A DNA stretch of 53,604 bases. It comes from a virus. Taxonomy: Duplodnaviria > Caudoviricetes. Made by a program: the position numbers and the translations under genes. The DNA is taken from positions 1 to 53,604 of the IMG/VR virus record IMGVR_UViG_3300031602_000004. One strand, given 5' to 3'. The notes beneath the pieces are model-generated. The model ran no database searches, was not told where the DNA came from, and saw only the letters and a list, made by a program, of their open reading frames with translations. Below, one piece after another: positions 39,147-48,708 of the stretch; within the stretch, counting starts at the first letter, position 1, and each line of letters opens with the position of its first letter.

Positions 39147-39167
39147 CAAAAGTACAAAATTTTGTAC
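39147..39167 (-). promoter_or_regulatory. -7 element (TACTTTTG) overlapped by a perfect 16-bp palindrome GTACAAAATTTTGTAC
   Basis: Element at 39147-39154; palindrome at 39152-39167. Confidence 0.45.
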
Positions 39168-39189
39168 ATTTTTATTACTAAAATTTCTA

Positions 39190-39213
39190 TAAGTAAGAAA
39201 TTAATCTTACTTA
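39190..39213 (-). terminator. Hairpin after the 76-aa gene, possible terminator
   Basis: TAAGTAAGA / TCTTACTTA 9-bp stem; weak U-tract. Confidence 0.4.
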
Positions 39214-39223
39214 AAGTTTTTGA

Positions 39224-39454
39224 TTATGCGTCAATAACAATTTTTAAAAATCCATCAGTGTGATAAAGATCTCCTGCAACTAATCCATCTGCTTTAGCAG
39301 CTGCATTATCAACATGGTTTTCTTTTAAGGCTGCCACTCTAATCCAGTTTATTACCTCATTTACATGAAGTAATCTAGCTGTACCAGTAGTATCTCTCTT
39401 ACCTACATATGCAGGATCCTGAAATTTTTGTGTTACTTTTTTTAATTGTGCCAT
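39224..39454 (-). CDS. Putative head fibre / decoration protein (76 aa)
   Basis: Directly after the MCP; 'ARLLHVNEVI' and 'DNAAAKADGLVAGDLYHTDGFLKIV' resemble phage fibre motifs. Confidence 0.5.
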   Translation of the reverse strand: MAQLKKVTQKFQDPAYVGKRDTTGTARLLHVNEVINWIRVAALKENHVDNAAAKADGLVAGDLYHTDGFLKIVIDA

Positions 39455-39474
39455 AGTCTTATTTTTAAATGATT

Positions 39475-39507
39475 AAAAAAAAAGGGAGGAGTTTAATCCT
39501 CCCCTTT
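39475..39507 (-). terminator. Intrinsic terminator after the major capsid gene
   Basis: GGGAGGA-TTAAAC-TCCTCCC hairpin plus long T-run. Confidence 0.85.
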
Positions 39508-39521
39508 AAATTTAAATATTA

Positions 39522-41141
39522 CTAGAATGATCCTCCTGTAACAGGATTCCTCATTACTATCTTAAGAACTTTAGTTGGATCCTTCACCCAAATAGCTGGC
39601 ATTGTCTGAGTCATATAAACTCTATACCCATTGAACTGACCAGTAGAAGCAAACCCTTGAGTTCTTCCCATGTAATCCATTGTACCATTTTGGTAGAACC
39701 ATTTAAGTTGATTATCCCAAGATAATTTCAATAAATGAATGTTATCACTTCCTTCATCAGTTACATCAAAGATGATAAAGCTAAATGAACTTAAAGGTCT
39801 TCCATCAATTAATGGATTCTCAATGTCATTAGTATTTAAGTTATCAAATGCTGGATTCAATACAAACTTAACGTTAGCTAAGAAAGGAATAGTAAAGCTT
39901 GTGTAAGCAAAACCATAATCTAAATCCATACCAGAACCTTTAACAGCTCCTATATCAGATGCATTTTGAACTAATCCTGAACCATACACTTCATCAGCAA
40001 TTGCTTTGTTGATTAATTGCATTCCACCAATACCTGTTTGTACAACAAGTGATCTTTGTGGATCTGGCCCTTTAAATTCAACTTTACCTTGGTAGAAGTT
40101 GTAAAGTTCAGACTTAAACATGTCAAGAGTAAATGAAGACTTGTTATATACTCTTTTGAAAGAGTTATCTAACTGTGCCCATAAACCTACAGATAATCTA
40201 ATATCATCCGGTCCATCTTGTTTAATTCTACCACCTTTACCCCACATTAGGTAAGTTTCAATATCCGTTGCTATTTTAGATAAATGAGCTGCTTCCATAT
40301 TTGTAATGAAAGTTCTTGTAAGAGTTCCATTTTCAAATGCTTCTCTAGCTCCTGCTTTACCCATATTAGCTACTAGTCCTTCAATACTTGGTACTGATGG
40401 ATTGTTTGGATCAGTGTTAAAGTTTCTCCAAATCTCAGTAACAGGTACAGTACCATCAGCGTTTAATCCGCCTTTGATCATTAAATCTGCTCTAGAAGAA
40501 ATTGAATAGTGAACATGTGCTTCTGCTCCTCCTACAAAGTTGTAGAATTCACGGAAACCAGAACCTGTTTCAATGTCAGAGAATCTTTCTCCGTACTCAC
40601 CTCTTGCAGAACCTTTTCTGAAGAATTTAGTACCTTTAGCTAAATACTTGTTATCCAAGAAAGCCGTGTTGTTGTTGTTTACTAATTGAACTGTGTATAC
40701 AAAACCGTCACCTGCAGGGATAATATCATCCGCTGTGATGTAAAGTTCTAGTCCATTATACTTATCATAAGTAATAATGTCACCGTGTCCAAAAGTTCTT
40801 TTGTTGATCTTAATTCTAAATAGTGTTCCATCTACACCTTTATTGTCGGTAGCTGGTTCAATATCCGCCACTACATAAGGAAGATCTTGTGCAATAGGAG
40901 TTTGCCATTTATACTCACCACGTGCATTGTCCACCATGATTGTATTCTTTCCACCGAATGAAGCCATTTGATATAAAGGCATTTCTACCTTTTGGGTCAT
41001 TGCCCATAAATCAATTGGTCCCATATCCATAGGCTCAGGGTTACCAAGCATTTGGGTTAGGTGATAAGAATCAACATGAGAACTAGCCTTGTAGCTTGTA
41101 TCTCTTAAGAAAATCCCATTATTTAATACTGGAGTTGCCAT
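39522..41141 (-). CDS. Major capsid protein (crAss-like, HK97 fold; 539 aa)
   Basis: Synteny terminase-portal-scaffold-MCP; size; 'YLMWGK', 'GLWAQL', 'VVQTGIGG', 'IWVKDPTK' motifs; strong downstream terminator. Confidence 0.85.
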   Translation of the reverse strand: MATPVLNNGIFLRDTSYKASSHVDSYHLTQMLGNPEPMDMGPIDLWAMTQKVEMPLYQMASFGGKNTIMVDNARGEYKWQTPIAQDLPYVVADIEPATDNKGVDGTLFRIKINKRTFGHGDIITYDKYNGLELYITADDIIPAGDGFVYTVQLVNNNNTAFLDNKYLAKGTKFFRKGSARGEYGERFSDIETGSGFREFYNFVGGAEAHVHYSISSRADLMIKGGLNADGTVPVTEIWRNFNTDPNNPSVPSIEGLVANMGKAGAREAFENGTLTRTFITNMEAAHLSKIATDIETYLMWGKGGRIKQDGPDDIRLSVGLWAQLDNSFKRVYNKSSFTLDMFKSELYNFYQGKVEFKGPDPQRSLVVQTGIGGMQLINKAIADEVYGSGLVQNASDIGAVKGSGMDLDYGFAYTSFTIPFLANVKFVLNPAFDNLNTNDIENPLIDGRPLSSFSFIIFDVTDEGSDNIHLLKLSWDNQLKWFYQNGTMDYMGRTQGFASTGQFNGYRVYMTQTMPAIWVKDPTKVLKIVMRNPVTGGSF

Positions 41142-41194
41142 AATTTTTGATTGTTTTTGTTAATAATTGTTTTAGTGTTTATATTTAATGTTAA

Positions 41195-42529
41195 TTAAAT
41201 TCTTTTAAAAATGTTGGTTGGTCTAGTTATTTTTCTTTTGTTTGGAGAAGTTCTTTTACCTTCTTCTTCAGCTTGATGAACTCCTAATGATGCACCTCCT
41301 GCATTTGTTTGTTCACTCTTTAATTTTCTAACCGTTTTCTCAACACTTTGTTGAGCTCCTTTATCCATGATTTTTGCTTTATAAGCTACAGGATCTTGTA
41401 ATAACCACAAGGCTTCTGAAATCAATGCATAATTAGGTTCAACAAATTGGTATTTCTCAAGTAAGTGTCCAAGTAAATTTGTGTTTCTTCCACTTACTGA
41501 TGGATAATTAGGTTGTACCAATCCATTATACAACATAGCTTGAGTCTTTCTATCTACTTTAATGTCTCCTAATTTACCTTCTTTTAATGTTTCATATACA
41601 TTTTTCATATATGCTTGTGATGCATTTTCTTGTTGTTTTTGTTTCATCTCTTGCTCTTTCAATTTCTGAGCAACAACTTTCTCTTGCATTTTATCTAATT
41701 TTGGCTTAAACTTTGAAGCTTGTGTTTCTAACTTTCCTAAGTCTTTCCAAATTTCTATTTCTTCTTGAATCTCTTCAGTGTTCCCATATCCAGTAGCACT
41801 TAAATATTCTGTAATTATTTTTTCTTGATCAGAAGCTTTCTTAATATCTAAACTCTTAGTTGTTTCTACTTCTGATAATGTTGAAAATAATCCTTTTAGA
41901 TCTTTTCCTCCATCTGCTACATACTTAGCAGCAATCTGTAATTCTTGAGGTAGACTAGCAAAAAATTGTTTAGGAGTTTCACGTCTTACTTCATTAGCTC
42001 TTTCTTCTAAGTTAGCTTCAATAAGTTCTTCCCAATCTTTAGCAGTATATTCTTCTAATGCTTTGTCATCATCAAAGGCAACAATCTTGTCATCTTTAAT
42101 CAATTTACCAAATACATCTGAGATACCACTAATAGATTTTCTACCTCTTTTTTCTTTTGTGTCTTCTTCTTCAGTGTCCTCTTCAGAAAAAGAATCTAAA
42201 ATATCTTTAGCACTATCTTTATCTTTTCCACTTACTTCAGTTTTATCAGTTTTATCATCTGCTAATACTTCAGTTTTTTCTTCTGCTTCTTCTTTTTCTT
42301 CTTTTTCATCTACTTTAGCAGTTATATCATCTACTCCATCATTATCTGGATCAGCAAATGACATATCAGCTTTTTCTTGTAAACCTGAAAAAATACTTTT
42401 AGGTTTTTTTGAAGCAGTATCATCCTGTAACATATCAGCACCACTTGGAGCGGCATTGAATATCTCATCTAAATTAATATCTACTTTTTCTACGTTACTT
42501 TTCACAGTTTGCGTTTCTGTTGCATTCAT
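41195..42529 (-). CDS. Putative scaffolding protein (444 aa)
   Basis: Highly acidic disordered N-half, coiled-coil C-half, basic tail; lies between portal and MCP. Confidence 0.6.
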   Translation of the reverse strand: MNATETQTVKSNVEKVDINLDEIFNAAPSGADMLQDDTASKKPKSIFSGLQEKADMSFADPDNDGVDDITAKVDEKEEKEEAEEKTEVLADDKTDKTEVSGKDKDSAKDILDSFSEEDTEEEDTKEKRGRKSISGISDVFGKLIKDDKIVAFDDDKALEEYTAKDWEELIEANLEERANEVRRETPKQFFASLPQELQIAAKYVADGGKDLKGLFSTLSEVETTKSLDIKKASDQEKIITEYLSATGYGNTEEIQEEIEIWKDLGKLETQASKFKPKLDKMQEKVVAQKLKEQEMKQKQQENASQAYMKNVYETLKEGKLGDIKVDRKTQAMLYNGLVQPNYPSVSGRNTNLLGHLLEKYQFVEPNYALISEALWLLQDPVAYKAKIMDKGAQQSVEKTVRKLKSEQTNAGGASLGVHQAEEEGKRTSPNKRKITRPTNIFKRI

Positions 42530-42558
42530 AATATTTGTTGGTTTTAATATTAATACTT

Positions 42559-42579
42559 ACTATACATATAATATAAGAA
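42559..42579 (-). promoter_or_regulatory. Candidate phage late-promoter motif copy (TTATATTA-TATG-TATAGT)
   Basis: Repeated intergenic motif heading the scaffold-MCP unit. Confidence 0.5.
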
Positions 42580-42658
42580 ATGTTTATTACATTTCAGGCA
42601 TGATAAACTTAATAAATTTTAGTAAAAGTGAAAATAAATTGCAGTATATAGCTAACAG

Positions 42659-45409
42659 TTATTTTTTATCCTTCTTTTTGTTAACATCATACTTATTTTT
42701 ATTCTCTTTGGCTATTTGAAGTTTTGTATCAGCTATATAGTTTTGACTTGATATTTTCTCTCTTTCTACAGTTAATCTATTATTTTCTTGAGTAGATTTT
42801 GAAGCATTTTCTTCACGCTTCATATTCATTTGTTCTCTATACTGAGTAGTTTCTCTAATATCTTTCATAGCATCTTGATAATCAGATACTTTATTTTCAT
42901 TAATATCAGATGGTGCACCAAATCCTGCTGACCTAATTTCAGCTAATGTAATATCATTCTGTCTATCTTTTTGATTTTCAGATATTTCAACTTGTAATTT
43001 TTGCTGTTCTTCTTGAGCTTTAGCTTGGAGTTGTTGTTCTTGCATTTGTTGTTGTTGCTGCATGTCTTGCTCTCTTTGTTTTTGAATTCTTGCTTCAGAA
43101 TCTTTTAGGATATCTGATACTTCAGCAATTGAGTCAGCTTTAACAATATTACCTAATTCATATATACTTGCTCCAGTAGTATTATTTGTAAGAGCCATTT
43201 GTTTTAGATTCTCCAATATAGCTCTATGATTAGTTTTAGTAGTTGCAAATACATTAAAGTCTCTAAGTAATAGATCAGTACCATTAATGGTAAAATTAAC
43301 TTTCTCAGCCTCTGTAGAGATGTATGATAATCTAACACTTGGATTAGTACTACAGTAGTATTGTGCAAGATCAGTTCTCATTTGATGTATTCTTGGCATC
43401 AGATGATCAGAATGCTGTACAAAATACATCTCTGTTTGAGCATATGATTGCTGCATAGCTTGTACTACTCCAGTTGCTGTTTGAGCTGATACAGCTCCTC
43501 CTAGACGTTGTGGATTAATTCCTATAGCATCAAAGCATTGTTCTTTAAAATAATTAGCCAATTGTATTCTTGACATCAATCTACTAGTTTGCTCCATGTT
43601 TAGAGTTTGGTAATGATTGAAGTTAGTTGCATTCTCAGTATTAGTAATAGATGTATCTAAAGGTAGCATTTGGAAATCCTTCATTGCCACCCATGCTTTA
43701 GCATAATTATTCTTACCCCAATCTTCACCCATTGAATGACGTGGTAAAGCATTTTGATCAAACATAATTACTGTTCCTAATTCATCTATGAGAATGTCAG
43801 CAATTTGGTTATTAACCATATTATAACCAATTTGATAAGCTTTCATCAAATCTACTAAAGAAGTAGACCTAGTGTTTCTATCAGAGAATACCCTTCCCTC
43901 TACAGGTAATTTACACCCGTAAAGTGTGTTGTTACCTTTAAATTGAAATGGTAACCTACCAGGTTTAGTTCTGTTAATTCCTAAATATATAGGGTTTATA
44001 TTATCACCCATTGTAGATTGCCACATTGCTGGAAGATTTGGACCTACTTTAACTCCTCCCCATACTTCATTGATCCATATCCAATCTATATGTTCTCCTT
44101 CTAATAAGTTCTCTTTACTTTTGTTCTTAAATATAGATGTATCAAATACAGCTTTTTTAGTAATCTTAAATGTTTCATCAACAATTTCTTGAGTTACTTC
44201 ACCATCAACTTCTATTTTAGTTAAGTGTCCAACTTTTCTTTGAGTCTTCCAATATATAGTAGCAACTCTCATTAAGTTTCCTTCACCCCACATAGATATA
44301 TCTTCATTTTCATCAAGAATTTCACTTAATATGTCTCCACCTCTTGCTGGATCATTCTGATAATTACTAGTAAATTGTCTATATGCTAAACCAGGTGCAT
44401 TAGTATTCCACTCATGTGATCTAGTTGCATCATAATATGAACCATCATTTTGATATCCATTTACTTGGTATTGTGCTGATCTAGCTGGATAAATTTTTTG
44501 TAAAGATTCTAATTGCTTAGCATCCATTAAGTATCCATATCTATCTACTACATCAGCTACCGTCATTAGATCTACTTTACCTGCATAGTTAGAATCTGCT
44601 ATATATCTTTGGTCAGGAGATTTTTGATAGAAAGTTAATACGGGATTCCATAGCTCTACATCATAATCATCTTCTAACATTCTAAAATGCCAGAATTCTC
44701 TATCTGCAATAAGCATATCTCTAAATCCTCTTTCTTCAAGTTCTTGCATATAAAATCTTTCTTCATCTACTGCAAGTGTATGGGATGCCCATTCTTCTAC
44801 CATACTTCTATAAGACTTACTGAAAAAATCTTCTATTTCTGGTAATGACTTTATATTTTCTGGATCAAGTTGTTGTTGTGCTTCTTCAGATGCTGGATCC
44901 ATTCCCATATCAATCATCTTACGTACCATTTTTGCTTCAGCAGTAGCCAATAAAGATTCTTCAATTTGAAGTCTTTTTTGTTCTAACATTTCATTATAAG
45001 AAGCATCATCAACAGCTCTAAACTGTACTTTTGAATATCTCTTAGCAAACTCACCAGTTAATACATTAATTACATTTGGGACAATTGGGTAAAACTTTAA
45101 TTCTAATGCTGAATCATTCTCTTTAGTAAGAACATCCATCATATCTTTATAGTCATTATCTGGTTCAACTATATAATCAGTTTTATCAATTACACCTTTA
45201 GCTAATTTATAATTCTTAAGAAGTCTTCTAGAATTTACACGTAAAAATTCTATACCTTGTAATTCTAACCAGTCTAAATTCCATGCTGCCCAATTATCAG
45301 TTTTATCTTTATATGGTATAAATTGAACTGGCTGTGTTAAGCTAGAAAATGTTGGCCCACTCTCTGCTTTGGCACCATTCTTCATTTGCATTGCATTTAA
45401 TACTCTCAT
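42659..45409 (-). CDS. Portal protein (916 aa)
   Basis: Follows the terminase; 'YPIVPNVINVLTGE', 'WINEVWGG', 'GINPQRLG' motifs; long Gln-rich C-terminal coiled coil (barrel). Confidence 0.9.
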   Translation of the reverse strand: MRVLNAMQMKNGAKAESGPTFSSLTQPVQFIPYKDKTDNWAAWNLDWLELQGIEFLRVNSRRLLKNYKLAKGVIDKTDYIVEPDNDYKDMMDVLTKENDSALELKFYPIVPNVINVLTGEFAKRYSKVQFRAVDDASYNEMLEQKRLQIEESLLATAEAKMVRKMIDMGMDPASEEAQQQLDPENIKSLPEIEDFFSKSYRSMVEEWASHTLAVDEERFYMQELEERGFRDMLIADREFWHFRMLEDDYDVELWNPVLTFYQKSPDQRYIADSNYAGKVDLMTVADVVDRYGYLMDAKQLESLQKIYPARSAQYQVNGYQNDGSYYDATRSHEWNTNAPGLAYRQFTSNYQNDPARGGDILSEILDENEDISMWGEGNLMRVATIYWKTQRKVGHLTKIEVDGEVTQEIVDETFKITKKAVFDTSIFKNKSKENLLEGEHIDWIWINEVWGGVKVGPNLPAMWQSTMGDNINPIYLGINRTKPGRLPFQFKGNNTLYGCKLPVEGRVFSDRNTRSTSLVDLMKAYQIGYNMVNNQIADILIDELGTVIMFDQNALPRHSMGEDWGKNNYAKAWVAMKDFQMLPLDTSITNTENATNFNHYQTLNMEQTSRLMSRIQLANYFKEQCFDAIGINPQRLGGAVSAQTATGVVQAMQQSYAQTEMYFVQHSDHLMPRIHQMRTDLAQYYCSTNPSVRLSYISTEAEKVNFTINGTDLLLRDFNVFATTKTNHRAILENLKQMALTNNTTGASIYELGNIVKADSIAEVSDILKDSEARIQKQREQDMQQQQQMQEQQLQAKAQEEQQKLQVEISENQKDRQNDITLAEIRSAGFGAPSDINENKVSDYQDAMKDIRETTQYREQMNMKREENASKSTQENNRLTVEREKISSQNYIADTKLQIAKENKNKYDVNKKKDKK

Positions 45410-47593
45410 CTATTTAAAATTTTTAAAGCCAGATCTCCTACTTCTAGAATTAGTTACTCCATTCCGTCCAATATTTTTGAACGGACTATACTTTAATTTA
45501 CTCATTTTTTCTGGATTTACCAAGGAATCACCCTCTGATTCACGTCTTTTTGTATATCCTCTGTTAGACTGTTGTATTTTTACAAAAGCAATCAATGCTC
45601 CAAATGCAACTAGCCTATCCACATTCAAACCAGGATGATATGCAAGCATTTCTTTTAAAAGCATAGGATCCGGTATTCTTTCTATACCTAATGTTTGTGT
45701 CATTACATTACCTTCCGTATCTGTTTCTTCATCTATCACCTCTCTTAAAAATTCAATTGCATAAGAAATCAAATGACTTTTAAATAATGTACCTGTATTT
45801 TTCCATCCATATTCTTGATATACAGTTTTATTAGATCCTATTTCTTTTAAGAATAATATCTGTTGTTTAGGAACTAAATATCTTTGCTTTCTTCTTGCAA
45901 TCATATGTTGTATAAATAATGATATATTATTTTCTACAATTGTCCAAGCATTATACCATTCTATAATTAACTCTAATCTTTCATGTGTCTTATTTATATC
46001 ATCAAACCTACCACACCATGCAGCAACTACCTTATCTTTTTCAATAAATTGTTCTACATCTCCGCTTTCTAATTGCCTAGTCACTTCTATAGCATTCTTA
46101 TATACAAAAATACTACATAGTGAATCTGATGTGGTTGTCTTTCCTTCTGATACAGGGTCAATAGAAGCATAGTATGATCCAAATGCAGGTGATTTTGTTG
46201 GTCTTTCCCAAACTACTATTGTTCCTGTTTTATCTTGTTGTTTTTTATCTACTGGAAATTTAGTTATAGGTAACTTACTTGTTCTCTTAGCTATTACTCC
46301 TGTCTCATCTCTATCTAAAGCAATTAGTTCATAAGGGTATTCTTTTTCTTCAATTTTCTTTAATTGTTTACTTAATATACCTTGTGGAAATATTGATTCT
46401 TTTCTATATGCAAAAGCTTCAGCAATATTAAGAGGTTTTTGAGATATTCTTAATTGAAATTGTTCTCCGTTTAATTCATTCTTCCATCTTGCTCTTTCTA
46501 TATTAATTGCTTTAATAGCTTCTTCTACTTGAGAGTTGCCATAGTCATCTATGTAAGGTGGCATTGACCATTGTTCAGGAATAAATAATCCTGCCATACC
46601 AATAGTACCATCAGCATCCATAAGGTTAGTTTCTACAGCATAAATATCATTGGCACCTGGACTAAGAATCATATCCTTTAATGGATTACATTGTTGCAAA
46701 TCACCCACTGATCCGGCAGCAATAAATTGTCCAGTTGTAATCATACCAGAAGACATAGCAGGACGTAAGTACTCATATGTCTGCATCATGTTTTTTGCAA
46801 TACCTGCTTCTTCATGAAAAAAGTAAGTACATGGGCCCCCTACCCCAGTAGTAGCATTCTTCTCAAATGAAGCACCCTGTATTTTAGACTTAAGACCTCT
46901 TGATGTTTTTCTATTGTTTATTTTGACTTCAATTTGTTGTTGCCATAATAAAACCTTCTCAGGATTACTTGGTCTATACCAAGCAGTATGTTCATTTAAA
47001 AATGTTTTATATTCTTCTAAAAATTTCCATGAACCTTTATCATTAATATAATCTTTAAGTGATGCTCCAATTTTACATATAGATCCTTCTTCAAACCAGT
47101 ATTGATTTATAATCTTTCCCATATGAAAATAAGATGAGGCAATCTGTCTCTTCTTTAGTATAGCAACGTGTTGATTATTTAACTCAGCAATGATTTCATA
47201 TAATGCCATATGATATTGTGCATCTCTTACTTTGGCAAATCCATAATGCTTCTCTTCCTTATCAAAGATAGGTAAGAAGTTCAACCACATATAATAATCT
47301 CTGGTTAAGTACCAATGTTTATCTCCATCTTTATATATAACCCCAGTTCTACATTTATTCTTTTGATCTTCCCAATAAGTTGTAAAGTCTTTGGATCTAA
47401 ATGGTGAATTACAATAAAAACCTTCAGAATTAAATACTCTTGCTTGTTCATTAAATTTAAAAGCTAATTCTGTAAAGTCATATTTTCCTGGTTCTTTAAA
47501 AATAGATTCTAAATATTCTCTAAAGTCTGCATCAGTATCAAATTCAGTAACTCCCCATTTACCTTTATCATATGTAGGTATAACTCTACTCAT
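45410..47593 (-). CDS. terL: Terminase large subunit (727 aa)
   Basis: ATPase motifs 'LKKRQIASSY' and 'FFHEEAG'; RNase H-like nuclease motifs 'ASIDPV', 'VENN', 'NVDRLVA'. Confidence 0.9.
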   Translation of the reverse strand: MSRVIPTYDKGKWGVTEFDTDADFREYLESIFKEPGKYDFTELAFKFNEQARVFNSEGFYCNSPFRSKDFTTYWEDQKNKCRTGVIYKDGDKHWYLTRDYYMWLNFLPIFDKEEKHYGFAKVRDAQYHMALYEIIAELNNQHVAILKKRQIASSYFHMGKIINQYWFEEGSICKIGASLKDYINDKGSWKFLEEYKTFLNEHTAWYRPSNPEKVLLWQQQIEVKINNRKTSRGLKSKIQGASFEKNATTGVGGPCTYFFHEEAGIAKNMMQTYEYLRPAMSSGMITTGQFIAAGSVGDLQQCNPLKDMILSPGANDIYAVETNLMDADGTIGMAGLFIPEQWSMPPYIDDYGNSQVEEAIKAINIERARWKNELNGEQFQLRISQKPLNIAEAFAYRKESIFPQGILSKQLKKIEEKEYPYELIALDRDETGVIAKRTSKLPITKFPVDKKQQDKTGTIVVWERPTKSPAFGSYYASIDPVSEGKTTTSDSLCSIFVYKNAIEVTRQLESGDVEQFIEKDKVVAAWCGRFDDINKTHERLELIIEWYNAWTIVENNISLFIQHMIARRKQRYLVPKQQILFLKEIGSNKTVYQEYGWKNTGTLFKSHLISYAIEFLREVIDEETDTEGNVMTQTLGIERIPDPMLLKEMLAYHPGLNVDRLVAFGALIAFVKIQQSNRGYTKRRESEGDSLVNPEKMSKLKYSPFKNIGRNGVTNSRSRRSGFKNFK

Positions 47594-47864
47594 ATCTTAT
47601 AATAGCATATACATCACCAACTTGCAATAATAAATGTTCTTTGCCTTTGTGTGTCATTGATGTAGGCATTGCATGCTCAGCATATTGTACTATATCACCA
47701 ATTTGTATTTCTTCTACTTCATCACCTCTTCCAATTACTTCACCCTTGTAAGTTGTTTTTTGAGCTATTTCTGGTATGATTAATCCAGAAGCAGTCTTTG
47801 TCTCTGCTTTTATTTCTTTAATCAATAGTTTCATTCCTACTGGCACTACTATTTGGTTTTTCAT
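47586..47864 (-). CDS. groES: Co-chaperonin GroES (Cpn10) homologue
   Basis: 'VPVGMKLLIK..AETKTASGLIIP..A...GEVIGRG...IQIGDIV...DVYAI'; start placed at MKNQ (47864), which has an A-rich leader and avoids overlap. Confidence 0.9.
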   Translation of the reverse strand: MKNQIVVPVGMKLLIKEIKAETKTASGLIIPEIAQKTTYKGEVIGRGDEVEEIQIGDIVQYAEHAMPTSMTHKGKEHLLLQVGDVYAIIRYE

Positions 47865-47880
47865 TTGTTTATTTTTATTA

Positions 47881-48399
47881 TTATAACTGGTCATATGCTA
47901 ATCCTGCACCACCACGTACAGAGCTTTCTTGTTCTTGTCTCATATCAGTAAAGGCTCCTTTGTATGATTGTCTTATTTGTTCAAACTTTGCAGCAGCATT
48001 AACCATTGAGTTAATATTACCATCTCTACCATGTTCTATTGGTGTAACCTCCATATATTTACCCAATCTATCTAACATAGATTTAATTCCTACATATGCT
48101 CTAAAAGTAGGTGTTTCATATAATTTTTTACACATGTCTAATGCATATCTAATTTTAGGATCTTCCGGAGATTCTTCTAGTTTAATCTCTTCAATAATAA
48201 TATCTTCTTTTTCATGCTCAGGTAAATTAAAGAATGGATTAAGATCAGGATTAGGACAAGCCATATAAAATAAGTATTGATATACTTGCATATATGTAAC
48301 TGGATATTCTTCCATTATTACTTTTAAAAAAGGTAATGTATAACAGTGTTCTGTTACTACAACCTTACTATTTTGGATGTCAAATAATTTTACTATCAT
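47881..48399 (-). CDS. Conserved hypothetical protein, terminase small subunit candidate (172 aa)
   Basis: Helical, C-terminal 'VRGG'; nearest plausible TerS-sized gene upstream of terL (positional inference). Confidence 0.4.
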   Translation of the reverse strand: MIVKLFDIQNSKVVVTEHCYTLPFLKVIMEEYPVTYMQVYQYLFYMACPNPDLNPFFNLPEHEKEDIIIEEIKLEESPEDPKIRYALDMCKKLYETPTFRAYVGIKSMLDRLGKYMEVTPIEHGRDGNINSMVNAAAKFEQIRQSYKGAFTDMRQEQESSVRGGAGLAYDQL

Positions 48400-48704
48400 G
48401 CGTCAGTACATAAAGTTGTACAATCTTTAGTCATTAAAGCTTTGATTGTATCATATGATTCTTCTACTACTATTGCTGCCATTCCTTCTAAACCTATAAT
48501 TCTAGCATCACGTAGAACAAAAGTACCTAGATCAAAGTATTCTTGTACATATATTATAGTATTTACATCTAAATATACATCTGATGTAATATTTAATGCA
48601 AATCCTTGTACTTTTCCTGCTGGATCTAAAGTCCCTGTTTGTGGTACAGGAAAAATTTGCTTTAAGGTTTGCCAGTTTGTCTGGTAAATAGGTATTCTTG
48701 CCAT
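48396..48704 (-). CDS. Hypothetical protein (102 aa)
   Basis: Intact ORF with ATGA coupling to the next gene. Confidence 0.6.
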   Translation of the reverse strand: MARIPIYQTNWQTLKQIFPVPQTGTLDPAGKVQGFALNITSDVYLDVNTIIYVQEYFDLGTFVLRDARIIGLEGMAAIVVEESYDTIKALMTKDCTTLCTDA

Positions 48705-48708
48705 AGTT

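Noticed and set aside
42063-42719. 218-aa plus-strand ORF
   Set aside because: Ser/Leu/Phe-rich antisense shadow of the acidic scaffold gene; no independent coding signal.
39522-47593. Inteins or self-splicing introns in terminase, portal or MCP
   Set aside because: The ORFs are uninterrupted and of ordinary size, with no intein splice or homing endonuclease motifs recognised.
895-48687. Numerous other short plus-strand ORFs (60-121 aa) and the nested minus ORF 5098-5286
   Set aside because: They lie opposite or inside long minus-strand genes and show composition expected of antisense frames; no motifs.
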